A stretch of DNA of 55,791 nt, filler included, from Dimargaris cristalligena (GCA_003614675.1; 4 parts of 4 records of this genome joined end to end with filler, not necessarily neighbours in it); one strand, 5' to 3'. Shown: positions 38,742 to 53,422, numbered from the whole stretch's first letter. The notes: generated by a model from the letters alone, not told the origin. Translations and numbers: made by a program.

Positions 38742-41536
38742 GTTTAAAAGTAGGGTGGTTACTGTAAGAGTGTTGGTACGAAACCCCGGATGACTGCGCG
38801 ACCGAGATTTAGGCGGAGGGGACTGAGAATGAAGAAGGTGGTACGTTAGAGTGGGCTAATGGAGAAACTTTAGTGGGAGTTGCGAATTTAAAAAGAAGAG
38901 AAAAAAACAGAATGCGAGGAATTTATGACAAGAGAAGCACAAAAGTGGAGGAATGGAGTGGGTTTGATTACCAGAGATACAATACAATAGTTGTTTGATG
39001 GTTTAGTCACCAAGGGATTCCAAGAAAACCAAAAGAGGGAGAAGTAAACGTATTAAAGTCTGGGTGAATGAGGTTTGGCGTAAGGAGAACTGGGCCACTT
39101 TATATTGCCATAAATCCCTCTCTACCCTTTAAATTTCTCTACTTATGGACACCCCTCATAATTTCGTACCAAAGGCAAAACCCCCCGTGGCATATTTAGT
39201 ACCGGAACCATCATGATGCCCTTCCGCCTTGATGGGCGGCGTGTTCACATACTAGCCGTGCATTTTTTTCGTGCAGTTTACGGAAGAATAAGCCCAACCC
39301 AGTATTGAAAAATAGGAGTTTTGGAATAAGGATTGTAGGAATTGGAAGGATCCGGGGTTTTGAAGATGTCCATCACCTTTAATTCACGAGCTCTAGGAAG
39401 GCCTCACGGATAGTTGATGTGGCCCAGTGGAGCTGAGTCTTGAATATGGTGCCTTTATATTACACACCACAGCCCCCAGCTACTTCGGTAACATCAGAAA
39501 TATCGGCCTTATTATGGTTGAAATGCACAAATGAAACCATATGTATTGTAGTCGTGTATTTATGAACCTGATGGAAACGATCGATTCGGAAAGTTAGAAG
39601 AAATATGCTGATGAATGGGAGTGGCCTAGAGTGGAAGTGTGATTGATCTAGTGGGTGGAGAATTGGGACGGTTATAAAGCAACCATACCAACACTATAGC
39701 AGTTCCTTGATCCAGAAGACGGGCGTAATTGGTTAGCCCGCGACTATGAAGTTATACTAATGGCCAGACTCCGCCCTGGCAGAGTGCCCAGGTATGAACC
39801 GCATGAAAATTCGACCTTATCATCCCGCCGAAATATGCGTACAAGCCCATTCGAGTGGCCAGTGCCATCATATACCCCTTCGAAAGCGATGGTTGGCTGA
39901 AGGTTCTTCGCAGAACAGGGGTAGTATTGGCATTTCTGGTACTAACTGTGCTATTGTCACATCTATATTTTACCCAAGACTCTTGGTGGCAGTAAACGGT
40001 CCGTATAGTGATGGATCACCATTATCTGGGTAGATTCGGTACCTGAGAGACGTGGCTTACATCCCCTCTGGCCCATTATATATATAGCGGTGCTTCCATT
40101 CCTCCATTAGTGTACTACAGAAACTCCATATCAATTGCTGGTCGGTCACTCTTTAGTCGAATTCACCTGACTAGTTTAGAGCACTTGTTAGAAAGTGACC
40201 GCCTTGATTACGTGACCTGGTCGGCCGTTCCAGGGGAGCATTTCCTTATTCCAGTCTACTACGTATAAGCAACCTTGCCAAGTGACCTCTATTATGTTGG
40301 CACTGTTCTTCGGTTTTGCCTTGGAGGATTCAACCAGACTGACCAAAGCCGCTCACCCGCATGTCCGCTGACATGATCATCCTTACCTGGTACTCTCAGG
40401 GTAGCGGAACCCCCTGCGGCTTATCTGCGGTGAGCAATGAGGGACAGTAAAAATAGGACGTGCTTCTTAAGGGGAAGTTATAGATGTGTTTTCAATTAAT
40501 ACTAATAAAATATTGGGCTTCTATTTCTACCAGGGGCACACTGGTCTGCGCTGAATTAGTCCAACATGCTGCTTTCCCCTGCTACAGCCTCAAATGCACG
40601 CTTTCTGGATCAGGAAGGACGCGTCCATTATACCTGACCACCTCTCCTTTGAAATATCGCTTAGGTCACATTGTGGTTGGGAGAGCCAATGGGCGGGTTG
40701 GGTATAGGTAATGGTCAGCTGAATTATAAAACCGTAATACTACGTGTACCAATTTATCAACCCAATTGGGGGTTCTTGATGGAGCCGCCGATACGCCTAC
40801 TATTTTATTGACTAGCCGGACCCAGTGACCGTGACTACCGAAAAGGGATTGCCAACCAATGGGTGGGTAAAATAGGGTATCCCCAACTAGTCGGTAGGCC
40901 TCTAGGGCCGACCTCGTCGGTTACAGGATGATATAGCCCAATTGCATTGTTTCTAACCGGGGCGCCGGTGCCTCCAAAAACAGAAGGCATACTTTTCTAT
41001 AACAACCACACCCTGCTCTAGAAGAAAAGACCAGCTGCCTTATTTGGGGGGCGGCCTTTTGAATTGCCAGCCATATATTGGCTACCTAGGCCCGCTAAGC
41101 TTTCCAATACGAGCTGCTTCCACATGTGACCACTTTTTATATTAGGGGCCTCCTCCCACCGACCACCACGGTGGGAAATCCCCCAATTGGGATTTCTGCG
41201 CTCTTCCATTTAGAGTAATCACCACAACCATTGTGCTGAGATGCCTTACATGTGAATACGAATATTCAACTGGCTCCAGCCCACCAAACTGGTCCGTCTA
41301 TAATAACCTAATCCGGCGGCCACAGCCCCCCCCATGCAGCTGGTGTATATATATATATATATATATATATAATGTAACTTCCTTCGCTCGCTCCCAGAGG
41401 TCTGTTATTTCCAAATTGCACCCTGTGGTTCTATCTCATTTTAAGTCTGTCCACCATCCCTATTGTTATAAGTAATCGTTCTTTACCACCGACTTTTATT
41501 GAAATTTCCTTAGTGTACCCCGGAACCGCTATCACC

Positions 41537-41785
41537 ATGGTGTTTAAGTCGACGCTACCCCCTGTCCAATATCCCAAGGTGGACGTCCCTGCCTTCATTT
41601 TCCAGTCTATCGAAAATTCGGCAGCCTGGAGAGACCCCCAACGCCCCGCCTATGTTGATTCCAACACCGGCGAAGTCGTAACCATCGGCGACTTTGTTAC
41701 CCACGTTCAGGAACTCGCGTCCGGCTGGCAGAACACCGTGGGACTTCGCCGTGGGGACGTTGTGGCGATCGTTTCACCCAATACT
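41537..41785 (+). CDS. First exon of an AMP-binding acyl-CoA ligase (4-coumarate-CoA-ligase-like), truncated by the contig end
   Basis: MVFKSTLPPVQYP...PAYVDSNTGE...GLRRGDVVAIVSPNT followed by a GTAAGC donor. Confidence 0.8.
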
Positions 41786-41861
41786 GTAAGCCCACCTTCA
41801 ATTCCTACCTTCACCTCCTAATGTCCCGCTTTGACCCAAAACAACAACTCATGGGGATGCG

Positions 41862-41961
41862 NNNNNNNNNNNNNNNNNNNNNNNNNNNNNNNNNNNNNNN
41901 NNNNNTTAATTAATTAANNNNNNNNNNNNNNNNNNNNNNNNNNNNNNNNNNNNNNNNNNNN
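41862..41961. other. Artificial contig spacer
   Basis: N44-TTAATTAATTAA-N44. Confidence 0.98.
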
Positions 41962-42038
41962 TCAGGGGCATACTTCCGATAAGTGCGAAAAATGGATTAA
42001 AAATAAAAGTAAGTAAAAAATGTGGTAAGTTCACCACA

Positions 42039-42227
42039 CCCCCTTGTACTAACTAGTAAGTGTGCCTACTGCACATCCCTTGCATATACCTGTGCTTATC
42101 CTTTATTAGCTAGTATGGTGACCCATCCTAATACTAGTGGCCACTTGGCTGAGTCTAAGCCCCACCTACCATTAGAAGCCTATCCCCAAGACTCTTGACA
42201 GACTAAGAGTGGTTAATTTGGGTAACA
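42039..42227 (+). mobile_element. Partial LTR copy, inverted relative to 42853-43040
   Basis: Its reverse complement TGTTACCCAAATTAACCACTCTTAGTCTGTCAAGAGTC... aligns with 42853 onward. Confidence 0.85.
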
Positions 42228-42852
42228 CTTAGTTAGTTGTACTCATATGTACTTATTCTTAATACCCTTACTTAATGGTGGCCTATAGTTCATTGATGCT
42301 GTTGAAGGACAGTTATAGCTCTGACTTATTTCTACTACCTTCAGTCTGAGCCATTGATTCCTTTTTTGTATTTTTCATCACAATGGTCTTTCACTGATAA
42401 GTATATGCCAAATAAATGTCACCACAGTGATTCTAGTCATATTCCTGTGTTTCTGTTGATACTGCACCACTGGAATTGTCCAGGATTGAACTAGATACCC
42501 AGACAACCAGCCAGAATACTGTGGACTAGTATTATGCCCCAACTGGGAATCAATAGGGACTTTAGTATAAAATGAGATAAATGTGTGGCCCAGAAGTAGT
42601 TGCTTAGATACCTATACTCCCACTTGATTAATTACTATTATACATGTGTCAGCTATTTTATTCCCTTTAGTTTATATTGGAATACTAAGGATGTAAAGGA
42701 AATAAAACTGGAAGTAAGGGAAGAAAGCAGCTAGAGGACAGTAGGTGCCTCTAGGTGGTTAGTTTCATTGAACTGTATTTTCAAGGGGGTGAAATATATG
42801 TGGCTAACATAAATGATCTCATAATAGCAGACTAAACTAATATAATTGGATG

Positions 42853-43407
42853 TGTCACCCAGGTTACCACTCTTAGTCTGTCAAGAGTCCCGGGGATAGG
42901 CTTCTAATGGTAAGCAGGCTTAGGCTTAGCTAAGTGGCTACTAGTGTTAGGTACGGGGCACAGTACTAACCAAATAAGGGCAAGTGCAGTAACTATGCAA
43001 GGGATGTGCAGTGGAGCACACTTACTGGTCAGTATAAGGGCGGGTGAGTGTATAGGGAGTTTATTGGGGTAAACTATGGGGGTAAGAAATAAGCTGAAGA
43101 ACTGAACTGGTCCCAGAGGGGCCCAGTTATTTATATGCAGGGACCATTCATAGTGAGAGGTCCCTAAGAGAAATGGGATGATTAGATAAAGAGGTGGGGG
43201 GCAGAGTCTCGACTGGGGCTTGCTTCTGGAAGACTCCACTTGGAAAGGAGGAACATTGGATCAGCCAGTGGAGTATGGTGTGAGAAGCATTAGGACCTGG
43301 TTATAGTGGGTTATATAGTTAAGGGAGGGGTAATATGGTGCTATAAGGTAAGATAGGATGGGATGATTGGCATTCCCGTATTTTAGGAAGGATTAGATGG
43401 ACTGACA
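42853..43407 (-). mobile_element. Solo LTR (555 bp) with 5-bp target site duplication GGATG
   Basis: Termini TGTCA...TGACA. GGATG at 42848-42852 and 43408-43412. On the minus strand, TATAAATA (43135-43128) precedes AATAAA (43065-43060). Confidence 0.92.
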
Positions 43408-46400
43408 GGATGAAACAGGATAGGATAAAGGACACGTAGAAACATATTCTTCAACAGTTTATTAATAAACTGCTTATTACATTATATATTATATTCCTAT
43501 ACTGGCGTACACTCAATATTAGCATTTCTACCATTGTCCAATCTTGAATATTTACTATAGCTTCCCGGTTCTATAGTCACTAAGGGTATTCACAGCTAGT
43601 CACAACAATATGTACGTGTTAAAAGAGCATGAAGTATGAGCGGTGTTTATTAAGGAATGAATATATGCAGTATGAACTTGCTGAAGCGATGTGAAGGCTA
43701 GCAAACTGGAGAACAAGAGTGTATACCCATTACTTATTTATATGGATCATAAAAGGCACCCGAGAAGCCTAAGGGGGGGTCGATAACATATTCGTCAAAC
43801 CTTCCGGAATAGGATTCTCGACAACAGAACTGGCGACGTCCTTGGAGGGTATTGATTTACCAGGGGCCCCTGTGCTAGACATATATAGCTGGGATTTATT
43901 CTCGATAGGAGGTGCTGTGGCTGAAACTACAGGATAGGTTGAATCAACGAGCTACAAAGAAATCACACTGCTTTGATGCCCCGGGTCGGGCCCTATATTG
44001 GCTACGGATTTAACATACACACTATTGCCCATGACTCCGAACGGCAGCCTATATGGTGGTTTTAGGAGGGTGTCCAAATGTTCTCCAAGTAAAGAGACTA
44101 TCTATCTAACAATTTATAATGCACTTACGCATTAATTTCAGTAAATGTGTTTGATGTATCACTGGCCGTATTCACCGCATCCTTTTGATATGTACTACAT
44201 AGGCAAACCTAATATACTATAGGTTTCCTAAGTCAATATGGCGGCTTTCGCCAAATCTGGTATTTCTTAAACCTCACCCTACGTTCCTTGTCAGCAGTTT
44301 CCCGGATTTAGTACTACTTGGTGGCTACTACCGATGCTTAAAAATAATACAACAGCTATTTTATCTATTTAGAACATGAATATCATTAATACAAGAGAGA
44401 GGCGGCGGTATGCTGGTGTAATTTTTTCAAATAATTATTCAATAAGTTTGTGTAATAAACTAATTAAAATTGTATGCATTAATAACCCCTCATAAATCGA
44501 CAGTCTGGAAATATAGACCCCAATAATTATGTTTAATCGCTGACTATCCAATTCCCACTAATATAAATTTATAATTATCACAATGGCCCGATTCATAATT
44601 TCCCACTGCATTTGTTGGCTGGGACCCTACGCTATGACCAATGCAGAATAAATCATGGGAATCGTAGGATACCTTTGCTGAAGCCATCGTAAAATTATCA
44701 CCATACTACTACTCTCCACTGGAAACTACCGCGAAATTGCTGGTTAAATCTAGCCTGCCTTATAGGACATTGATGAGGAGACCATTGTAACCTCCTATAC
44801 ATTGTGCCTTGAAACATAGAAGTAAATAATGTTCTGAAGGCCTACCGATCCACAAGCCAACAAAGAGACAATTCACGGTTGACTTCTTTATACCATACTT
44901 CACTGATTCCTTTGTGGTGGATGTACCTGGTGGTAAGGAAGGGGGTGACAGTATGCATGCTGGTCACATATATGCCAGAATACCCCATTGTTAGTATGGT
45001 ATGAATAGATGGCGACATTGGTCAAATTAAAACTAATCAGGCCCAACTTTTGAATATAAAACGGTGAGCGTGCCTCTCACTAAGCCGTCAAATCAGCTTT
45101 TTTAATCATTTTTCTTAAGCCAAGCATTTCTACCAGGAATTATAATGTCGAATTCAAAATCTGTGACGAGCAACTCCCGAATTGTCCTAAAAACTACTGT
45201 TCCACTCACACCTGCCCATCATACCCCATTAGGTGCCCAGGCCTCGGCAGAAATGCCGACAAAAAATATTTTTAGCCATCCTTCTCAGGATAGCACTTCT
45301 ATTCCTGACATAGTACCGTGTCGGGATTATGACACACGACGGCCCAGGGAGCCAATAAACCCTAGGCCGCCGGGCCCAAACCCAACAGGCCAGGATTAAA
45401 TTATCCTGAAGTATCAGCTTAATAACTAGTCAATAACTTGGACCGGTTATTTAATTGATATGTTTATCTGTTTTGGTATTTTGGATAAAGTACAATTGCC
45501 TTTGAGTGATGCCAGTCTATTTATACTAGAAGTCAACCCGGCGCCAATAGTAAATTGGTACTCGAAGCGTAATTATAGCAGTATAATGGAAATAGTCGAC
45601 TACCGATATATTACTGTTGTACGGCGTCTTTATGTATGCCCCAGCCACCTTCAAAGTCAATGATGTGGTGCTAGCTTTCCCCCTTTTACATTTCTTTGGA
45701 AGACACTAGTTTAGCCATTAGGTTATGGCATTCAAATTCAAAATGCCTACTTGTTCTGTGTTTTACTACCATAAACAATTCACATATTTCTAGTAATAAA
45801 TTTTTAAAACCTCTGCCCAACATTACTTTAGCACTTGCCAATTCAAAGACCCTACTATAGATTGGTAGTACATATATACTGTACTGCCATAGGCTCAGAT
45901 GAATTTCCCTTCCCATGAGACAACCTAGGTATATTCCCTCACCACATAATGGCTGCACATTCAATATCCACAGTTACACTCTTTGAGCAAGCACTTGGAA
46001 GACCTCCATTTTGCTGATCAGTGTTTGGGCCTAATCACTTCCACTTCCAATAGACCTACTAACTATTTCTAATTTTGTCAGTTACATGATTCCAGATGAG
46101 TCAGTGGGAATATCCTTCACATTAGAATAAGGGGAGCGACATCCAAGTTTTTCCTTATTTATATCTTATTTTTATGAACACCCCAGAGGATCTGAGGCAC
46201 TTTTCATTTTCTGTTTTCCATTTTCCATATTTCCTTTCTATTTTCGTACATTGTTTAACCCTAAGGACCCAACCAGTTTTCTCCCTTTGTGGTTTCATGG
46301 TTGTCAGTTTGTTTGAGGATGACATCCAAAAGGTCATAGTGTAGTCTTAAGGCTGTAACATCGATTTTTCTTATTTATAGTCTCCCAGTTAGCCCTTAAA

Positions 46401-47372
46401 ATGGCAAGTTATCTTCAAGATAAATTTTTATTATTCAGAATAAATATCTACTTTAACTTCACCCAGTATTTTACCCAGCAGTATCAGCCGAAGACTTCAA
46501 CCAAAAGTCAATTTTTTTTATTTTCCTTAATTTTATTATCTTATTTTCAGCACATAGCCACTATGGCTCCTCCAGCACCTAACTCCAATGACAGGAGTCT
46601 AGGATCATTTTGTGTGGAACACTTTGCACCATACCCCAGTTTGACCTCTGATAACAGCTCCGAGCTGATCTGACTAGCTGAAGGACCATTTCCCAAGTTC
46701 TCCAAGTTACATCCAGGTGCTGGCCCCTTGAAACCAATGTCTGGTGAACCTTCCAGTCCAGAAGGGAGTGGGACATCCAACCCCAGCTCTGATCTCGGAA
46801 TGGGGGTACCTCAAATAACCGGCACAATATATACAATGTATAATGAAATGATGTCGTATTACTTCCGGGTACATTGACATTGAAGTCAAAGCACTGGTGT
46901 TGACACTTTACTAAATTATAATATTCTTTATAGAACTATTTTTTTAGTCATCCTCATTAAATATGGACCAAGTATTCAATTTATTGTGTTCTTAACATAC
47001 AAGGCGAGAGATAGGACCATTTAAAAGGTATAGACATCACCAATACTCTTTGGGCCGGTAGGCTACTCGCCATTTCTTAATTTACTCCTGCTACACTTTG
47101 CACTGATGTTTTTTGGTTTCCCCATAACTATAATTTATTTTCGGACAATTATCTAGTTTGGGAATAAAGGCCCGCCTCCAATTATTGACAGAAGTACGGG
47201 GATGTCAACCAAACGTCATAACATTAGAACATCACATAATTATATACCGAACAACTGCTCCCAGCATGCGAATATCCGTCCAATATTGTAAGAGGTTCGA
47301 GCAGAGGCACTTGCCCTAATAAAGAGGTGCAAGTGCCACTCTGTCTGCCTATATCAAGTCGCGATGATTTGC

Positions 47373-49253
47373 CTATGATCCTGCCGTATAGAAATAGAAC
47401 GACTCCCAAAGGGGTTGGTAGTCGCTCAGAATACCCGTGAACAACGAAATGAGGGGCTTATTTTGGGTTCGCTTGATGATTCGGTCCAGGCGGGGTTTAG
47501 TAAACCGCTCGTAAAATGGACTGCGTAAGAAGTAATACAAGAAGAGCCACAGCCGGCGACTTAATTCAGTGAGCTCCAGGCTTGAGCCGAGTGAGACACC
47601 CGTACTACGCTTACGACTGGAGGAAACGGATAAGAGGCGACTAAGTGATTCGATCGCAAGAGAAATAACCCAAGGTAGCCATGCCCGGCGGCCCCATTTG
47701 CGAATGGCGAATACTGTTGGGGGGGGGTGAGGGGAATATATAAATATTATATCATTAGTGAGCGATTATATGGCCAATACATGTGTATTTATGAACCTTA
47801 GCCAACCAGTTCTTCTGTGGATTTAAGCGGGACTATGAGAGGGATACTAAATACTTCAAAAACAGTATCTGACTTACCATAGAGTATGGGTCGGAGCGCA
47901 AATAAGTATTCACCCAATAACCGCCGATGGGTTAGCCGAGGCACCAGGTCACTGGGACAAACCACTGATTCTGACCGTGAGGCTTTCGTGCGCAGGTAAT
48001 CCGTTACGCCTGCATTGCTACCAGCCGAGCCATCCACGATGGACGAGATCGAGGCGTAACGTAGGCCAGTACGTGAACCCCGCCAGCCGGGGCTTCTACT
48101 ATCGCCTGAATCGACGAGGTTGGGCTGGGGCGCCGCAGGTTCAAATAGTAAGCCGACCGCTTCGGGTTCTAGCTCGCGGTCCGGATAGGCCGGGGAGAGG
48201 AGCATGCGCTTTCCAGAGAGGTTTATTAGCGCCAATCGGCAAGCCACCCTGTAGTTCGGAAGTTGAGCAGTATAAATTAGGGAGAAAAGGGGGATATGTT
48301 AGCCTATTGGTCAACTTTTGAGCCGATAGTTGTCTATTTCACCAACCTAGTAGGACCAGAGGTAACCCATTTTTAGACGGGACATGGTTGGGAGACGACA
48401 TTGAAGAGCACACGGTAAATATATTCGGAATTCAATTGGGTGCACTTACTTGGCCAATTCGATCAGCGTTACTGCCCGCCATTTACTTTTATTGCCCCAT
48501 TTCTTGCGAACAACCATCTCAACTAGACTTTCCGAGAACTGTAGTAGCGTTAGGATAAGTGAGAGTTGGCGATATAGACTGGGCTTCTGGCCATGTTCGA
48601 AGAAATACCGGTGGTATCTGTTGATAGCCGGAGGATCAGGCAAGGTGGCTGACAGGCGGCCACTCCGCAGAGCCCGTCCAACCGCCTTGTGCAAAACGTG
48701 GTCATGGTAGAGGCCAATGAAGTTTAACAGTGTGTAGACTATTCGGTCGCCGTAAAGTTACAGGCCACGGTTGGTTGAGGAGATTGGAACCATAGATACG
48801 CCATAAATATGAAACAGTGAATAACTAGGGAAGGTCGTTTTCGCAATAGGCTAAATTTTTAGGGCAGAGGAAATAGTGTTTGGAAATTGGACAAATTAGC
48901 TTGGAATTTTACTTACGGGCTTCGGAGGCGAGGTCGGCGTCACTGAATCGGCCTTTTGACGATTAATGCGTGGCAAATAGAAGGAGGGTTGGGTGATTAT
49001 TTTATAATTTTAACAAACCGGCCAGTGTCTGGGTGGCCCTTAAACAGGAACTAGGAATTCCCCACAATTTGTACGGGAATGGAAATGCCTGACGGGCTTA
49101 GTCCCATGAGCTGCAGTATAATGTGAAAAGAAGCCGGTGCTTACCAGGTAGTATATAAGTTAGGGAGCGAACAGTGCTCTCAATGGAGCTCACTTGGGCG
49201 GCATTGTTGAGGATGAAACCCTCGTACCATTGGGTCAGTTTAGCCAAGGGCAT
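47373..49253 (-). CDS. PEX16: Peroxin PEX16; exons 49253-49145, 48952-48917, 48738-48450, 48248-47878, 47713-47373
   Basis: YEGFILNNAAQVSSIESTVRSLTYILPG|RFSDADLASEA|LYTLLNFIGLYHD, GEYLFALRPILY, YYFLRSPFYERFTKP and DYQPLWESFYFYTAGS*. Confidence 0.94.
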
Positions 49254-49930
49254 GGCGGGCGCAGTATATCTTTATTTAGCTTGGGGGGCACTGAGAAGGC
49301 GGTACTGTTGCCGGCTATTTGGGGGACATGCGTTGCTAGGAAAGATGAATGAGACCGAAACCCCTACAGAGAAGTCTGGTGAGATACAGAGTGAGACCTG
49401 CTTAAGAAAGTACAATAGACTATACTGCCAATTGCAGATATCCCAACTGAAGCGGCCAAAGTATAAATATATAAATAGAGAAAATAGCAACCGCTGGGGG
49501 AACAAACTTGAGGGTAATGTCACTAGAAATGAACAGCCAAGGTATAAAGAACAGTAGTAGAGAAGGACGCTGTAAAACCTTGTATCGTGAAGGGTTGTTT
49601 ATGTGAGAACACCAAACGACTCGGCTGGTTAGCTGGGACAATGGCGCCAACCAAATCCCCCCATTATAATGGAAAAAGGTCCCATATCATAAGACTGTGG
49701 TTCTATTTGCATGTGCCAGCCAAGTAAGCGAATCGACTCCACCAGCACGGGCACACGTGCGGGGAGATGCCTCTTCAACTCCCAATTTATTATAGTTACA
49801 CCTTTCTGCCTTTATTTTTCACCAGCTAGTAGTCGAACTTCCAATGCTGCAGTTATCCCATTTCGGCAGAGTATCGCTAGAGCCAACTGCGGGCAATGGC
49901 CCAGCCAGTGCAGTAAAACAGGGATATTAA

Positions 49931-52900
49931 TTACATATGACTACTCAAGTCCGATGACTTGGGTTTGAAGGGTAGCGATATCCGATATGTGTAAACCTGG
50001 CCCCCGAATAACACGACATAGAGAATATATGCCCGAAGATAGGGGTCACTCGTGGTCTGTCGCCGGATGCACATGCCTGTAAGACCATATGATATGATTA
50101 CACAATGGGCCACGACCCCCGAAAATTGGGCAGGGAGACCAACATAATAGTAGGTGTTAGAGCGAATGAGTTCAATTAAAGGTAAGGGGGGAGAGAAGGG
50201 AGTGCTGCCAATCTGTACATGCATATACGTAGCTCTACCAGGACTCAAGATGCCTCCAAATTCACCATTTATCAAACATCACTTACCGAGGAGGGGCGCA
50301 TTCGAATCAGAATCGATCGGTAAGTATTGTTCAACATGAAAACCATATTTTAGCACGCCGCTGGTTTTTTTCCTATTGAGGTTAGTCACCAGGTATTATA
50401 GAGATTGAGAGAACGAGGTAGACAAGTTGGAGCAATGGTGAGCAAAAATTCACAATAATATAAACTCATGCGCCGCGTCTATTCTGAACAAGGAATCGTG
50501 CCCAGGGTCCAATGGGCGAACTACAGTATCTGAGGCGCGGACTACATGCTAGTTTCGGATCAGCAGCCACCACCATCAAACGGTCTGGTCTATAGATAAC
50601 TTACCATAATACACGGGTTAATGCAAGTTTTCCGCCCTGGCAGGCTACCACTGCCGCGCTGATTTCTGGTAGCCACTGATTAAAGCAAAGTTATAAAGAC
50701 AGGCATGAATTATAAGAACCATTGGTCAATAGCCGGGTTAGTTTCGTTTAAACGGTAGAAAGTTTTTACAGTTATATAGGAGGAAGTCGAGCGAGGAGCC
50801 AGTGGGGAAACTAACGGGGCAACTGCCCTGATACCGAAGAGCACTGATCCGCTAAGCAATTCACAATAGTGCGACCGGGTTGGTCCAATGTGTTATAAAA
50901 AAAACTGGCCGTATGTGTAGCAAAATTCAACCGATTCCGTCTAGAGTCAGCCAGTCCACGCTGCTAAAAATAAATTCGGCAGCATATGTAATTGTTTATA
51001 TACCGTATACTTACCTCCATCATATTAAGGCGCCAGTACGGGTTTGAAAGCGTGTGGTCGAGTAAATATTTTTTGGCGACTAGATACGGGTCCGTATAAA
51101 GTAAGGAGAGGTGACCCGTGGCCGTGTCCAGAAGCGATAAACCATGGATCGTCCCAAATAAGATAAGATACGGATGTAGTAGACTGGCTGCACCCTCGCC
51201 CCCCTTCTTTTCTTGGGCGCTGTTGATATTATAACCACCACGGCCGTCGCCAGCATTACCTGGTACATGCATGGTCACCAGATTGGCATGGACGGGTTCA
51301 ATAGAGTCCACGGAATGGGCGCTCCGACGATGGCCATTCAAGGCAGTGGGCCTGGGGCCGATGACCCGGTGGTACCATGGAAACGAAACCGCCTCCTGAT
51401 CGCTCTCCTGATTAAAATCCGACTCGGAAATAATATCTTCCATGGCTACGGTGCGGTCAGCTATGGCGCGGCTGGTACGACTGGGTGGACGGCGGGGGTT
51501 ATTATTCGACGAGGGCGGGGGTGACCACGTAGATACTTCCCCATCGTCCGAGCTCGGCTCATCCGAATCGGATAATTCATCAGCGTATAGATCGGCGGCG
51601 GCATTAAATTCGGCATCCTCCGAGTCGGACATCTCGGAAGGAGATGGTCCACGATGATCGGGGTTTTCTTGATTCATGGGTTCTTCGTCACTAACTCCTT
51701 CCACAACGGCTCGGCTGGAACCAGCGACAGCGCCTACAGTACTGCCTGAATTAGGAGCTTCTTGTGAATCACCGGTTATGGAATCGTCCGTATGGTCACT
51801 GGGGTAATTGTCGCTCTGGCTACGCATGTCACTCCCCGTGTCGTCATCATCATCGTCGTCGTCGGCATGACTAGCACGCCAAGTCAAATGGTGCATTAGA
51901 ATAGGCGGCAGTTCTTCTAAAGGTAGACTGGACGCACCCGAGGCGCTCCTCTCATGGTTTGAGGCGGCATACCGGGCAAGCAATGCTTCCATAATATCAT
52001 GGGGTGATTGGTCCATATTCCTCAGATGGAATGGGTGTATAAACTGTACAGACCAGCCCCTAGATTTTTCAATCATACGTGGTAGTCAGTATATGCACAG
52101 TGCGGTGTTGTGCGGAAATCAGGGGGGTACAATACAGCACCGTTGAGTTAGTAGAATGTATAAATAGCTGATATTCGAGGAATATCCCGATCAGTAGGCC
52201 TTTTGGCCAAGCGATGTCACTTACCATTCGTTGGATATAGTGCGCCGCTGGAGAATATCGCCCGAATCCACGGCCCAAACAATACACCACCGATCGACAC
52301 TACTTGACGCCAAGTAGTCTCCACAGGGACTGAATGTCACATTAGGGATATTGTGCTTATGACCCACCAATCGGCCATAAGGCACCAACCGGCCCGGGTC
52401 GACTAACGACCGAATTGATTCCGAGAAGCAAGGGCGAGAGGATGGGGGGTGGTCTGATGTCGGAGTACCCGAACTCGATTCGCTACCAGATACAGCACGC
52501 CTTACTTCATCGGAGAGGTCAAAAAGGGAAACAATATAATTATTGGAACTGACGGCCACCAAGGCCCGCCCGGAGTGAATATCAACTCCCCACGAGGATG
52601 AAGCGATATGGAAAACCAACCAGGGGCGGGGACCCATTTCATCTAAACGCCATATGCAAATCAGGCCGAGTTCGTCGATGCTAACGAGCACCTCAATCGG
52701 ACCCAATCGGCCGGTTTTAATGGCATTGATGTATGCCTCCTGGAGAAGCGTAGTCGGTAAATCCGGAGGGAAATAATAATATCACAGATAAATATATTGA
52801 AATATTTCAAAAATGAAGGATATAGCCGTATTTATATCCTCGCGAAGGTGGCTATTACACTTTAGAGAGTATATGGGAAATCAAGTATATTTATCTATTT

Positions 52901-53422
52901 GATTGTGAAATACTTCGCGTCGGCCAACTTACCGAAATGTTTCCAGTCAAGTAAACATCCCGCTGGAACGATCGTGGTGGTCTTAGTATTCTCGAAGGCG
53001 TGAGGGCAATCGTGTGGTTATCGAGAATATTATACAAGTAAATTAAGTCCCGGAGAGCTATAGTTAATAAATAAATAAGCAAATAATGATGGATGTATAG
53101 GATTATTAGTAGGGGAAATAAAGGAGTTCGCATCACCCTCTCTATTCAGCAGATATATTCTAAAAGCTGCGTAAATGGGGCTAAGTGGGCTTGGCTACTT
53201 CAGGGTTAACGCGACCATAAATTGCCCAAAGGGTTTCAACTTAAGGGTGTCAGCGGAGCCAACTCCCCAAATTAATGCGCAAAATGGCCTACCGACAGCG
53301 AACACGGCCGGGCCAAAGTGGGGCTGACTAATGGCACACAGATTCATGCGCCAGGTGACCGCATTCATGGTGTCGAGGAGACCGCCCCTCAGTAAGGGTT
53401 CCACGGTGAGTTTGGTGTACAT
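49931..53422 (-). CDS. CRT10: CRT10-like WD40 protein, about 7 exons
   Basis: WRMNLCAIS, YINAIKTGRLGPIEVLVSIDELG, SSWGVDIH, VAVSSNN, GHKHNIPNVTF, W|GWSVQF, RLNMME|WLPEISAAVVACQGG. Long acidic insert. Confidence 0.75.

Noticed and set aside
43765-44380. Possible spliced secreted-protein relic on the minus strand
   Set aside because: Only splice-like signals and short frames with stops; no recognisable homology.
46671-46673. In-frame TGA as possible selenocysteine
   Set aside because: No similarity to selenoprotein families, no redox motif and no SECIS recognised.
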